Positions 40,483 through 53,059 of a DNA stretch of 64,000 nucleotides are shown piece by piece. The translations under genes and the position numbers were made by a program. Source of the DNA: Eledone cirrhosa (lineage: Eukaryota); NCBI GenBank assembly GCA_964016885.1, contig OZ024759.1:9238001-9302000 (forward strand), in the 5' to 3' direction. Position 1 is the first letter of the stretch; every line of letters begins with the position of its first letter. A model generated the notes under the pieces. That model was not told the DNA's origin, ran no database searches, and saw nothing but the letters and a program-made list of their open reading frames with translations.

Positions 40483-40513
40483 TTAGGAGTGAAATGAGAA
40501 AATGACAACTCAC

Positions 40514-40605
40514 CGAAAGTGTTGGGATTGAAGGCCACAATGATGAGTAGCATATTCCATGCCTTCCAGTACAGTGCAGATATGGCCAGTGTAGGGGGAG
40601 TATAT
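40514..40605 (-). CDS. INTS1: INTS1 exon (YTPPTLAISALYWKAWNMLLIIVAFNPNTF)
   Basis: tccag|A acceptor and G|gtgagt donor; 92 bp; LAISxLYWKAW...AFNP motif. Confidence 0.93.
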
Positions 40606-41195
40606 CTGGAGAGAGAGTAGTAGTGAGAAGGGGGAGGGAAGAATGTTAGAGAACATATATATATCATCATCATCATCATCATCATCACCGTTCTACGTCC
40701 GTTCTTCCACGCTAGCATGGGTTAGATGGATTGTCCTGTTGTGGGCAGTGTCCGGTCAGCTGACGGACACTGCCCACAACAGGGAACTGATTCTGGCTTG
40801 ATTTCTACAGCTGGGTGCCCTTCCTAACACCAACCTCATTTACAGTGAGTGCTGGGTGCTTTTTTGCCGTGGCGCCTACACGTCCACTTTACAGTGTGGG
40901 TTGGGTGCTTTTTTGCCGTGGCACCTCCACGACCACTTTGCAGTGGAATGATAGGGACTCCAGTCCCTATCATCTCATTTCTACAGCTGAGTAAACTGGA
41001 GCAATGTGAAATAAAGTGTCTTGCTCAAGGAAACAACATATCACCCGGTCTGAGAATTGAACTCACAACCTTTCGATTGCAAGGCTAATGCTCTAACCAC
41101 TAAGCCATGTGTATATATATAAATATATATACACACACACACACACATATATATACACGTAAACATAAATATATTTATGTATATACATACACATA

Positions 41196-41768
41196 TCATC
41201 ATCATCATCATCATCGTTTAACGTCTATCTTCCATGCTAGCATGGGTTTAGATGGGAATTGTCCCACGTGAGGAAAGATTGGTTGTCTTGCTCGCATAGG
41301 ACTGTCTGGTGGGTTTTCTACAGCTGGATGCCCTTCCTAACACCAACCATGTTTACAGTGTGGACAGGGAGCTTTTTACCGTGTTACCTACACGGCCACA
41401 TTACAGCGTGGACTGTGTGTTTTTTTGTTGTGACACCTACATGACCTCATTTATTTAGGACTGGATGTTGTGGCGCCAACATAACTTTAGGTGTAGATGG
41501 GGGTGGGGGTAAGGGTAGTGGGATGGGGGTGTATTTTTGGTTAGGAGGTGTCTACTGACTGTATGTTTCGCTTTGTACTTATGCAAGGCATGTCTTCTGT
41601 ATTACTGCGTAGTGCCAAAGATCTCGGTTCAGTGACATTGTCTTGGAGAGGTGAAAGTGTGTGAGGTCGGAATTTATCAGATCATCCCAGGTTTTTCTGG
41701 GTCTACCTACTCCGTAGCTTCGATCTATTTTGATCGCCCTGCACTTTTTTATACAGCTGTCGTCTTTA
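41196..41768 (-). mobile_element. RTE LINE 3' fragment
   Basis: Reverse complement of the 3' ORF end and UTR seen at 22480-23067. Confidence 0.85.
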
Positions 41769-41929
41769 TATATACATTAATATAAATGTATATGTATATA
41801 CATACTTATATATATACACACACACATACATATATATACACACACACACATAGACACACTAAATTTGACATTCTTTATGAAAGAATATATATGAGTGAAA
41901 GAAGTGTAAAAGTGGAAAGTCTGGCTCAC

Positions 41930-42026
41930 CCCTTTGGTAAAACAATGTTCTCAGGGTGGCGGTAGGCACACAGGTTCATGAGGGCATCAACAAACTCTAG
42001 ACGAGACACCCGCAGTACTTCAACAC
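41930..42026 (-). CDS. INTS1: INTS1 exon (GVEVLRVSRLEFVDALMNLCAYRHPENIVLPK)
   Basis: ttcag|GT acceptor and GG|gtgagc donor; 97 bp; NLCxYxHPENIxLP motif. Confidence 0.92.
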
Positions 42027-42539
42027 CTGAAAGGTGAAAAAAAGAGAAAGAAAACAAAAAGTTGTTGGAATAGCATTAGAACAGAAATAAAGAAAACTTT
42101 TTTTTTTTAAACTCATTTGTATAAAAATTTAATAAATGGCTACAGAACGAAAACACAAACAAATATAATATATACAAAGGAAAGGGAAAGGAAAAAAAGA
42201 AAGAGAAAAAAACACACAAGCACGTAATACCCACATCTTAGACCACATAGGCTGGATAATGTAGTTAGCTGACAGAACACGGTATTTTAGGATTTTGTTC
42301 CGTTCAGCTGTGGATGCTGTAGGTCTCGCCCTTACCACAGCATCCAAGATGTGGGAAGAAGCACATCCCAGGTAAGGCACTTGCCTCTTGACCAGGAGCA
42401 CAGAGTAAGACCGTCAAGTCTGGACAATTCTGGACAACCCAGACGGTTCCAAAAGTGCAAGCATTGCAAAAGCTGATGCAGTAAAGCGCCAGCCTCAGAG
42501 TTCAGTAATCGCTGTCTTCCCGGTATTCCTGCCAACTCT

Positions 42540-42975
42540 TACCGAGGATCATGAATCTTGAGTAATGACCAAAAGAATACAATTGCAAATAACAGTGGCA
42601 GAAATGGGATTCCTCCGAAGGGTCTTTGGAGTAACGTTACTCGATAAAGTGCATAACTCAGAGACCAGAGAGTCACTCCTGGTAGAGCCGCTACTTCTCC
42701 GAATTGAGAGATCACAACTCCGATATTATGAGCATGTGGTTAGAATGTCTCAGTAAAGAATCACTGGATACATTTTACAGGCAAAACCAACCGGCAAGGG
42801 ACCCAGAGGCAGACCCTAAGCAAGATAGTTGGATAACATCCATGAGCTTGGCTGGTCACACTTTGGAATCCAGCTGGATCAGTTCGAGATGTTTGTTACT
42901 GACAGACTCGCTGGAAGGAGTGTTTGAGAAGGACTCTGTCCCCACGACCCTCTCAGAAATAAGTGGGCGAAGAAG
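42540..42975 (+). mobile_element. Degenerate RTE-type LINE 3' fragment
   Basis: AEMGFLRRVFGVTLLDKVHNSETRESL...SQLRYYEHVVRM, with stop codons. Confidence 0.75.
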
Positions 42976-43448
42976 ATATCGTCAATTTACTTTTCAATTT
43001 ACATATATCTATATGCATATATATTTGCATATAATATCAATATGCACCCTACATATGCTAGCAGAAAAACGCCTGGTGGACGGTTTTTCTACTAGTATAT
43101 ATAATGTTGGTACCACAAAACATCCAGCCCACATTGTACAGTGGTTGTGTAAAAGACACAGCACTGTCTATGAGGTTGGATGTAGTTGGCACTAGGAAGG
43201 GCATCCAGCCAGAAACAGTCTTATGTGAGTGGGACATGTCACCCGACTCAACTTGCTTCTAAATGGGACAAACCCGTCTAACCCATGCTAGCGTAAAAGA
43301 TAGACCTTAAACAATGATGATAATGATGAAGTTGGTGTTTGGAACAAATTTTTTTACATATAATCATGATGGAAGGAGTTTTTGATAATTTGGACAAATA
43401 GAAAAACAAAGTAATAATTTAAATAAATCCTTCTACAATCTTCATTAA

Positions 43449-43785
43449 CCCTTTAATGTTCAAACCGGCCAAAACCAACAAGAATTCTCTACCTTTTTCT
43501 GTTGAAACTGGCTGTAACCGGTCACTCAAACTGATGCTAAGGTATTGTTCTCAAAATAAATTCTTTCAAATTCTCATAGATTCGATATTGTGAGATAAAG
43601 CACTTATCATGAAAATACAATAGTATATATAGAGTAATGTGAATGTTATGTGAGGTAAAGCCTTTACTGTGAAAATACAACAGTATATATAGAGTAATGT
43701 GAATGTTATGTGAGATATTATGTGAGGTAAAGCCTTTACTGTGAAAATATAATAGTATATATAGAGTAATGTGAATGCTAAAGGA
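43449..43785 (-). mobile_element. piggyBac-type MITE (about 3 internal units)
   Basis: TTAA at 43445-43448 and 43786-43789; CCCTTTA terminus. Confidence 0.8.
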
Positions 43786-43810
43786 TTAAGCAACTGAAAT
43801 CCAATGTAAT

Positions 43811-46800
43811 TTATTGCTGTGGTGAACACCCCTTTTATTGCTGTGGGGAACACCCCTTTATTGGTGTAGTGAACACCCCTTTATTGCTGTAGTGAATGCC
43901 CCTTTATTGCTGTGGGGAACACCCCTTTATTGCTGTGGTGAACACCCCTTTATCGGTGTGGGGAACAGTCCTTTATCACTGTGGTGAACACCCCTCTATT
44001 GCTGTGGGGAACAGCCCTTTATCACTGTGGTGAACACCCCTCTATTGCTGTGGGGAACACCCCTTTATCACTGTGGGGAACACCCCTCTATTGCTGTGGG
44101 GAACACCCCTCTATTGCTGTGGTGAACACCCCTTTATTGCTGTGGGGAACACCCCTTTATTGCTGTGGTGAACACCCCTTTATTGCTGTGGGGAACACCC
44201 CTCTATTGCTGTGGAGAACACCCCTTTATTGCTGTGGGGAACACCCCTCTATTGCTGTGGTGAACACCCCTTTATTGCTGTGGGGAACACCCCTTTATTG
44301 CTGTGGTGAACACCCCTTTATTGCTGTGGGGAACACCCCTTTATTGCTGTGGGGAACACCCCTTTATTGCTGTGGGGAACACACCTTTATTGCTGTGGGG
44401 AACACCCCTTTATTGCTGTGGGGAACACCCCTTTATTGCTGTGGGGAACACCCCTTTATTGCTGTGGGGAACACCCCTTTATTGCTGTGGGGAACACCCC
44501 TTTATCACTGTGGGGAACACCCCTTTATTGCTGTGGGGAACACCCCTTTATCACTGTGGTGAACACCCCTTTATTGCTGTGGTGAACACCCCTTTATTGC
44601 TGTGGTGAACACCCCTCTATTGCTGTAGGGAACACCCCTTTATTGCTGTGGGGAACACCCCTTTATCACTGTGGTGAACACCCCTTTATCACTGTGGTGA
44701 ACACCCCTTTATTGCTGTGGTGAACACCCCTTTATTGCTGTGGGGAACACCCCTCTATTGCTGTAGGGAACACCCCTTTATTGCTGTGGGGAACACCCCT
44801 CTATTGCTGTAGGGAACACCCCTCTATTGCTGTGGGGAACACCCCTTTATTGCTGTGGGGAACACCCCTTTATTGCTGTGGGGAACACCCCTCTATTGCT
44901 GTAGGGAACACCCCACTATCTCTGTGGGGAACACCCCTTTATTGCTGTGGTGAACACCCCTCTATTGCTGTGGGGAACACCCCTTTATTGCTGTGGGGAA
45001 CACCCCTTTATTGCTGTGGTGAGCACCCCTTTATCGCTGTGGTGAACACCCCTTTATTGCTGTGGAGAACACCCCTCTATTGCTGTAGGGAACACCCCTC
45101 TATTGCTGTAGGGAACACCCCACTATCGCTGTGGGGAACACCCCTTTAATGCTGTGGGGAACACCCCTTTATTGCTGTGGTGAGCACCCCTTTATCGCTG
45201 TGGTGAACACCCCTTTATTGCTGTGGTGAACACCCCTTTATTGCTGTGGTGAACACCCCTTTATCACTGTGGTGAGCACCCCTCTATTGCTGTGGTGAAC
45301 ACCCCTTTATTGCTGTGGTGAAAGCCCCTTTATTGCTGTGGGGAACACCCCTCTATTGCTGTGGTGAACACCCCTTTATTGCTGTGGTGAAAGCCCCTTT
45401 ATTGCTGTGGGGAACACCCCTTTATTGCTGTAGGGAACACCCCTCTATTGCTGTGGGGAACACCCCTCTATTGCTGTGGTGAACACTCCTTTATTGCTGT
45501 GGTGAAAGCCCCTTTATTGCTGTGGGGAACACCCCTCTATTGCTGTGGTGAACACCCCTTTATTGCTGTAGGGAACACCCCTTTATTGCTGTAGGGAACA
45601 CCCCTCTATTGCTGTGGTGAACACTCCTTTATTGCTGTGGTGAACACCCCTTTATTGCTGTGGTGAACACCCCTTTATTGCTGTGGTGAACACCCCTTTA
45701 TTGCTGTGGGGTACACCCCTTTATTGCTGTGGTGAACATCCCTCTATTGCTGTGGTGAACACTCCTTTATTGCTGTGGTGAACATCCCTCTATTGCTGTG
45801 GTGAACATCCCTCTATTGCTGTGGTGAACATTCCTTTATTGCTGTGGTGAACACCCCTTTATTGCTGTGGTGAACACCCCTCTATTGCTGTGGGGAACAC
45901 CCCTTTATTGCTGTGGGGAACACCCCTTTATTGCTGTGGGGTACACCCCTTTATTGCTGTGGTGAACATCCCTCTATTGCTGTGGTGAACACTCCTTTAT
46001 TGCTGTGGTGAACACCCCTTTATTGCTGTGGTGAACACCCCTCTATTGCTGTGGTGAACACCCCTCTATTGCTGTGGTGAACACACCCCTCTATTGCTGT
46101 GGTGAACACCCTTTTATTGCTGTGGTGAACACCCCTTTATTGCTGTGGTGAACACCCCTTTATTGCTGTGGTGAACATCCCTCTATTGCTGTGGTGAACA
46201 CTCCTTTATTGCTGTGGTGAACACCCCTTTATTGCTGTGGGGAACACCCCTTTATTGCTGTGGTGAACACCCCTTAATTGCTGTGGTGAACACCCCTTTA
46301 TTGCTGTGGGGAACACCCCTTTATTGCTGTGGTGAACAACCCTTAATTGCTGTGGTGAACACCCCTCTATTGCTGTGGTGAACACCCCTCTATTGCTGTG
46401 GTGAACATCCCTCTATTGCTGTGGTGAACACCCCTTTATTGCTGTGGTGAACACCCCTTAATTGCTGTGGGGAACACCCCTTTATTGCTGTGGGGAACAC
46501 CCCTTTATTGCTGTGGGGAACACCCCTTTATTGCTGTGGTGAACACTCCTTTATTGCTGTGGGGAACACCCCTCTATTGCTGTGGGGAACACCCCTCTAT
46601 TGCTGTGGGGAACACCCCTTTATTGCTGTGGGGAACACCCCTTTATTGCTGTGGTGAACACCCCTTTATTGCTGTGGGGAACACCCCTTGTTATGGTGAA
46701 CACCCCTCTATTGCTGTGGGGAACACCCCTTTATTGCTGTGGGGAACACCCCTTGTTATGGTGAACACCCCTCTATTGCTGTGGGGAACACCGAACACCC
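43811..46800. repeat. 23-bp minisatellite, about 130 copies
   Basis: Unit TATTGCTGTGG(G/T)GAACACCCCTT. Confidence 0.98.
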
Positions 46801-46951
46801 CTTTAGTGTGAAAGAAATGGACTCGACAGACTGTGATAAATAAACGGGATACGTTGTGAGTGAGTTTGAAAGTCTGTTACACCTGAGATAAAGTTGTTAG
46901 GGTCCCCGAATGGTAGGAAATATAAGGGAGAAGATTGTAAAAGGGATTTAC

Positions 46952-47109
46952 CTTCGAGGCGAATCATAGCGGCCCTCTTGATTAACTGGTCAGCTAACTC
47001 TACAGCATCGGCTGAACTGAGGGACAGCTCTCGAGACAAGCCAATCACCAGCACACGCATCAACGTATCTTCTAGGACTGGAACTTCTGATGCAATACGT
47101 AGCATTAAA
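46952..47109 (-). CDS. INTS1: INTS1 exon (LMLRIASEVPVLEDTLMRVLVIGLSREL...KRAAMIRLE)
   Basis: actag|T acceptor and G|gtaaat donor; 158 bp; SEVPxLEDTLMRxLVIGLSREL motif. Confidence 0.93.
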
Positions 47110-47112
47110 CTA

Positions 47113-48630
47113 GTGATAGAGAGAGTGAGAGTGAGAGAGTGAGTGAGAGTGAGTGATGGAGGGAGTGAGAGTGATAGAGTGAGTGAGAGTGATAGAGTGA
47201 GTGATAGAGTGATGGAGAGAGTGAGAGTGATAGAGAGAGTGAGAGTGATAGAGTGAGTGATAGAGTGATGGAGAGAGTGAGAGTGATAGAGAGAGTGAGA
47301 GTGATAGAGTGAGAGTGATAGAGTGAGAGTGAGTGATGGAGAGAGTGAGTGAGAGTGATGGAGAGAGTGAGAGTGAGTGATGGAGAGAGTGAGAGTGATA
47401 GTGAGTGAGAGTGAGTGATGGAGAGAGTGAGAGTGATAGAGTGAGTGAGTGAGAGTGATAGAGTGAGAGTGAGTGATGGAGAGAGTGAGAGTGATAGAGT
47501 GAGTGAGTGAGAGTGATAGAGTGAGAGTGAGTGATAGTGAGAGTGAGTGATGGAGAGAGTGAGAGTGATAGAGTGAGAGTGATAGAGTGAGAGTGAGTGA
47601 TGGAGAAAGTGAGAGTGATACAGTGAGAGTGAGTGATGGAGAGTGATAGAGTGAGAGTGAGTGATGGAGAAAGTGAGAGTGATACAGTGAGAGTGAGTGA
47701 TGGAGAGTGATAGAGTGAGAGTGAGTGATGGAGAGAGTGAGTGAGTGATGGAGAGAGAGAGAGTGAGTGATGGAGAGTGATAGAGTGAGTGAGAGTGATA
47801 GAGTGAGAGTGAGTGATGGAGAGAGTGAGAGTGATAGAGAATGAGAGTGAGAGAGAATGAGAGTGAGAGAGAATGAGAGTGAGAGAGAGTGATAGTGAGT
47901 GAGAGTGATAGAGTGAGAGTGAGAGATAGAGAGAGTGAGTGAGTGAGAGAGTGATAGAGAGATAGTGAGTGTGTGTGTGTGTATTAGTGTATATATAGAT
48001 GTGTATGTGTGTATATTAGTGTATATATAGATGTGTATGTGTATATTAGTGTATATATAGATGTGTATGTGTGTATATTAGTGTATATATAAATGTGTGT
48101 GTGTGTATTAGTGTATATATAGATGTGTATGTGTATATTAGTGTATATATAGATGTGTATGTATGTATATTAGTGTATATATAGATGTGTATGTGTGTAT
48201 ATTAGTGTATATTTAGATGTGTATGTGTATATTAGTGTATATATAGATGTGTATGTGTATATTAGTGTATATATAGATGTGTATGTGTGTATAATTGTTT
48301 CTACTTTAGGCACAAAGCCAGCAATTACCCAGTGCATTACTGGTACTTTATTTTATCGACCCCGTAAGGATGAAAGGCAAAGTCAACCTCGGCGGGATTT
48401 GAACTCAGATCCCGATAATAGTGTATATATATATAGATGTGTATGTGTGTATAATAGTGTATATATATATATAGATGTGTATGTATATATATTAGTGTAT
48501 ATTAGTGTAAATATATAGATGTGTATGTTTATAATAGTGTATATGTGTATGTGTATATATTAGTGTATATATATATATATATATATATATGTGTATGTGT
48601 GTATATTAGTGGATATATATAGTGTATGTG
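47113..48630. repeat. GA-rich tract (47113-47970) followed by a GTGTATAT-type repeat
   Basis: Low-complexity tandem units. Confidence 0.95.
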
Positions 48631-48778
48631 TGTATGAATAGAATGGTATATAGATGAATCTCTACGTAAGTCTGGTCAGACTTTGGTGAGGTGTGTATAT
48701 ATATGTATGTATGTATGTTAGTGTATCATCATCATCATTGTTTAGCGTCTATTGTCCACGTTAGCATGGGTTAGACGG

Positions 48779-48823
<45 letters not shown>

Positions 48824-49267
48824 AAGGCGTATGGCTTAGTGGTTAGAGTATTGGGCTTGCAATCGAAAGGTTGTGAGTTCAATTCTCAGACCGGGTGATG
48901 TGTTGTTTCCTTGAGCAAGACACTTTATTTCACATTGCTCCAGTTTACTCAGCTGTAGAAATGAGATGATAGGGACTGGGGTCCCTATCATTCCACTGCA
49001 AAGTGGTCGTGGAGGTGCCACAGCAAAAAAACACCCAGCACTCACTGTAAAGTGGACGTGGAGGTGCCACGGCAAAACAGCACCCAGCACTCACTGTAAA
49101 TGAGGTTGGTGTTAGGAAGGGCATCCAGCTGTAGAAATCAAGCCAGAATCAGTTCCTGTATGAGCAAGACAAGGTCAGCCGACCGGACACTGCCCACAAC
49201 AGGACAACCCGTCTAACCCATGCTAGCGTGGAAGAACGGACGTAAAACAGTGATGATGATGATGATG
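48824..49267 (+). mobile_element. tRNA-derived SINE with a CORE-like body and RTE-derived tail
   Basis: A box TGGCTTAGTGG, B box GAGTTCAATTC, CCTTGAGCAAGACACTT core, tail shared with the RTE 3' UTR, (GAT)n. Other copies: 867-1228 (-), 3361-3707 (-), 18123-18300 (-), 40663-41110 (-), 57180-57518 (-), 63187-63527 (+). Confidence 0.88.
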
Positions 49268-49684
49268 TAAGTGTAGTCTCAACTTATGTCTGGTCAGATT
49301 CTGGTGGAGTGTGTATGTCGATGAAGTGAATCCCCTGTTCAATCATAGAATGCCACAAACTTACGTATTACATAAGTGGGAGTGATGATGTCGGATTCAT
49401 AGAAACATATCGGACGTATTGCAGAATATCGTTTGATCTGTCCAGGTCTGTTGTCTAACCTGATTAGTTCTTTTGTTGTTTTGGTACTGTATGGCTGGGC
49501 TTTGCCTGCCGCAATTTTCAATTTGTCAAGCTATCTAAAAGTATGTTATTACTCAAAGGACCTACCCTTATTGAGTGCTTTGCTACTCATTCCTTATTGT
49601 AGGTCGACTTTGTTTGGCCGCAGCCAAAGCTTCGATTTTACTTAACTTCCACTTGTATATATATATATATATATTATATATATA

Positions 49685-50195
49685 TCATCATCACCATCAT
49701 TTTACGTCCGCTTTTCCCTGCTTGCAAGGGTGGGACGGGTCTTATTCAGCACAGCATCTCTCCACCCGTCACGGTCCTTCTTCATCTCCACCGTGAGCTT
49801 CAATGATCTGAGGTCTGCTCTCACCACCTCCACCCATGTTTTTCGTGGTCTACCTCTACCATGTCTTCCTTCAACTGGCATTTCCTGGCACTTCTTCACC
49901 CATCGGTCATCCTCCATGCGCATCACATGTCCATACCACCTCAGTCTCCTCTCCCGCCGTACACTACATTCTATTCCTCTCAGACACAGTTTCTCTCTCA
50001 ACACATTTATGCTGGGTCGTTCACGCACATTTACACTGCACATCCAACGGAGCATGCTTGCCTCATTTCTCTCCAGCCGTCGCATATCCTCTGCAGTTGC
50101 TGCCCATGTCTCACTACCATGCTGCATCGCGCTCCTCACACAGGCATCATACAACCGGCCTTTCGTACGCAGGGAGAAACCCTTCTTCGTCAACA
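49685..50195 (-). mobile_element. RTE LINE 3' fragment
   Basis: KGRLYDACVRSAMQHGSETW...RLRWYGHVMRM...GRPRKTW with a GAT tail. Confidence 0.9.
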
Positions 50196-50200
50196 CACAC

Positions 50201-50232
<32 letters not shown>

Positions 50233-50289
50233 ATTATATATAAATGTGTATGTATATAAATGTGTGTATGTATGTATGTATGTATGTTA

Positions 50290-50680
50290 TCTCAGTTGAA
50301 AATGGTGTCAAGCAGGGTGATATACCTGCACCAACTTTGTTTGCCTTGTATTTCACAATGGCGTTCTTCATGGCCTTCAAGGGTTGTCAACACGGTATCT
50401 ATCTCAGATATCGCACTTCCGGCAAGCTGTTCAACCCCAGGCGTCTCACTGCCAACACTAAGGTACTGAGTACCTTCATCAGAGAATTTCTGTGTGCAGA
50501 TGATTGCGATCTCTTTGAACACTCTCAGAATGACATGCAACACCTTATGGATTCTTTTTCCAATGCATGCAGTGCTTTGGGACTGACAGTCAGTCTGAAG
50601 AAGAGTGTCGTCGTGTACCAACCTGCTCTTGATAAAGTTTTCAATGGACCCTCTATATATGTATACGGTCAAAAGCTGAA
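50290..50680 (+). mobile_element. RTE/BovB-like reverse transcriptase fragment
   Basis: NGVKQGDIPAPTLFALYF...YLRYRTSGKLFN...LCADDC. Confidence 0.85.
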
Positions 50681-50842
50681 GGTAGCCCTGCCCACTTTAC
50701 CATTATACCAAAACACATTAAAACAGAAACAGACCCCATAAAGTTCAAGAAGTCTTTGGACAAATTCCTTCAAGAAATCCCAGATGAACCTCCTACAAAC
50801 GGATATGCCAATACTGGGCGAAAGTTATCAAAGTTATGTGTT

Positions 50843-52203
50843 AGTGTATATATAGAGGTGTATATGTAGAGGTGTGTATATATAGAGGTGTGTATATATA
50901 GAGATGTGTATATATATATAGAGGTGTATATATATTTAGAGGTGTGTATATATAGAGGTGTGTATATATAGAGGTGTGTATATATAGAGGTGTGTATATA
51001 TAGAGGTGTATATATAGAGGTGTGTATATATAGAGGTGTGTGTATATATAGAGGTGTATATATATATATATGTGTAATATAGAGGTGTATGTATATATAG
51101 GTGTGTATATATATATAGATGTGTATATATAGAGGTGTATGTGTATATATAGAGGTGTATATATATATATATATATATATGTGTATATATAGAGGTGTAT
51201 ATATATATATATAGAGGTGTATGTATATAGAGGTGCGTATATATATATAGATGTGTATATATATAGAGGTGTGTATATATATATAGAGGTGTATATATAT
51301 ATATATATAGAGGTGTATATATAGAGGTGTGTATATATAGAGGTGTATATATAGAGGTGTGTATATATAGAGGTGTATATATAGAGGTGTGTATATATAG
51401 AGATGTGTATATATAGAGGTGTATATACATAGAGGTGTATATACATATAGAGGTGTATATATAGAGAGGTGTATATATAGAGGTGTGTATATATAGAGGT
51501 GTATATATATATAGAGGTGTATATATAGAGGTGTGTGTATATATAGAGGTGTATATATATATATGTGTAATATAGAGGTGTATGTATATATAGGCGTGTA
51601 TATATATATAGATGTGTATATATAGAGGTGTATGTGTATATATAAAGGTGTATATATATATATATATATGTGTATATATAGGTGTATATATATATATAGA
51701 GGTGTATGTATATAGAGGTGTGTATATATATAGATGTGTATATATATAGAGGTGTGTATATATATAGAGGTGTGTATATATATATAGAGGTGTATATATA
51801 TATATAGAGGTGTATATATAGAGGTGTGTATATATAGAGGTGTATATATAGAGGTGTGTATATATAGAGGTGTATATATAGAGATGTGTATATATAGAGG
51901 TGTATATATATATAGAGGTGTATATATAGAGGTGTATATATAGAGGTGTATATATAGAGGTGTATATATAGAGATGTGTATATATAGAGGTGTATATATA
52001 TATATATGTGTATATATATATATATATAGAGTTGTATATATAGAGGTGTATATATATATAGAGGTGTATATATAGAGGTGTATATATAGAGGTGTATATA
52101 TAGAGGTGTATATATAGAGATGTGTATATATAGAGGTGTATATATATATAGAGGTGTATATATATATATATGTGTATATATATATGTGTATATATAGAGG
52201 TAT
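50843..52203. repeat. (TATATAGAGGTG)n-like repeat
   Basis: Variable-length units of about 14-22 bp. Confidence 0.96.
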
Positions 52204-52213
52204 CTCTACTTAC

Positions 52214-52291
52214 GTCCTGTCAGACTCAGGTGGCCAGTTGTCTTTGTTGTGATAATGTTCTGTACTTTCCATAAACAGGACTTTGTGTAAA
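52214..52291 (-). CDS. INTS1: INTS1 exon (CLHKVLFMESTEHYHNKDNWPPESDR)
   Basis: ttgcag|T acceptor and AC|gtaagt donor; 78 bp; LHKVLF...DNWPPESDR motif. Confidence 0.93.
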
Positions 52292-52329
52292 CTGCAATCA
52301 AAATAACATCTCTTTAATTGAGAAACAGA

Positions 52330-53020
52330 TCCAGCCTGGCCACACTGCCCCAGCCTGGCCACACTACCCCAGCATGGTCACACTGCCTCAATATGGCCAC
52401 ACTGCCCCAGCCTGGCCACACTACCCCAGCATGGTCACACTGCCTCAATATGGCCACACTGCCACAGCATGGTCAGTGCCTCAATATGGCCACACTGCCC
52501 CAGCATGGCCACAGTGCCTCAATATGGCCACACTGCCCCAGCATGGTCACACTGCCTCAATATGGCCACACTGCCACAGCATGGTCAGTGCCTCAATATG
52601 GCCACAGTGCCTCAATATGGCGACAGTGCCCCAGCCTGGCCCACACTGCCCCAGCCTGGCCACACTGCCCCAGCATGGTCACACTGCCCTAGCATGGTCA
52701 CACTGCCTCAATATGGCCACACTGCCCCAGCATGGTCACACTGCCCCAGCCTAGCCACACTGCCCTAGCATGGTCACAGTGCCTCAATATGGCCACACTG
52801 CCCCAGCATGGTCACACTGCCTCAATATGGTCACACTGCCTCAATATGGCCACACTGCCCCAGCATGGTCACACTGCCTCAATATGGCCACACTTCCTCA
52901 ATATGGCCACACTTCCTCAGCATGGCCACACTGCCTCAATATGGCCATACTGCCCCAGCATGGCCACACTGCCTCAATATGGCCACACTGCCCCAGCATG
53001 GCCACAGTGCCCCAACATGA
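52330..53020. repeat. 19-bp-based compound minisatellite
   Basis: Unit variants ATGGCCACACTGCCCCAGC and ATGGTCACACTGCCTCAAT. Confidence 0.95.
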
Positions 53021-53059
53021 CTGCAACAACAACAGCATTAACCTATTGTAACTATGTAT

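Noticed and set aside
48824-48900. tRNA gene
   Set aside because: The A/B boxes are the head of a multi-copy SINE and continue into the SINE body; there is no complete cloverleaf.
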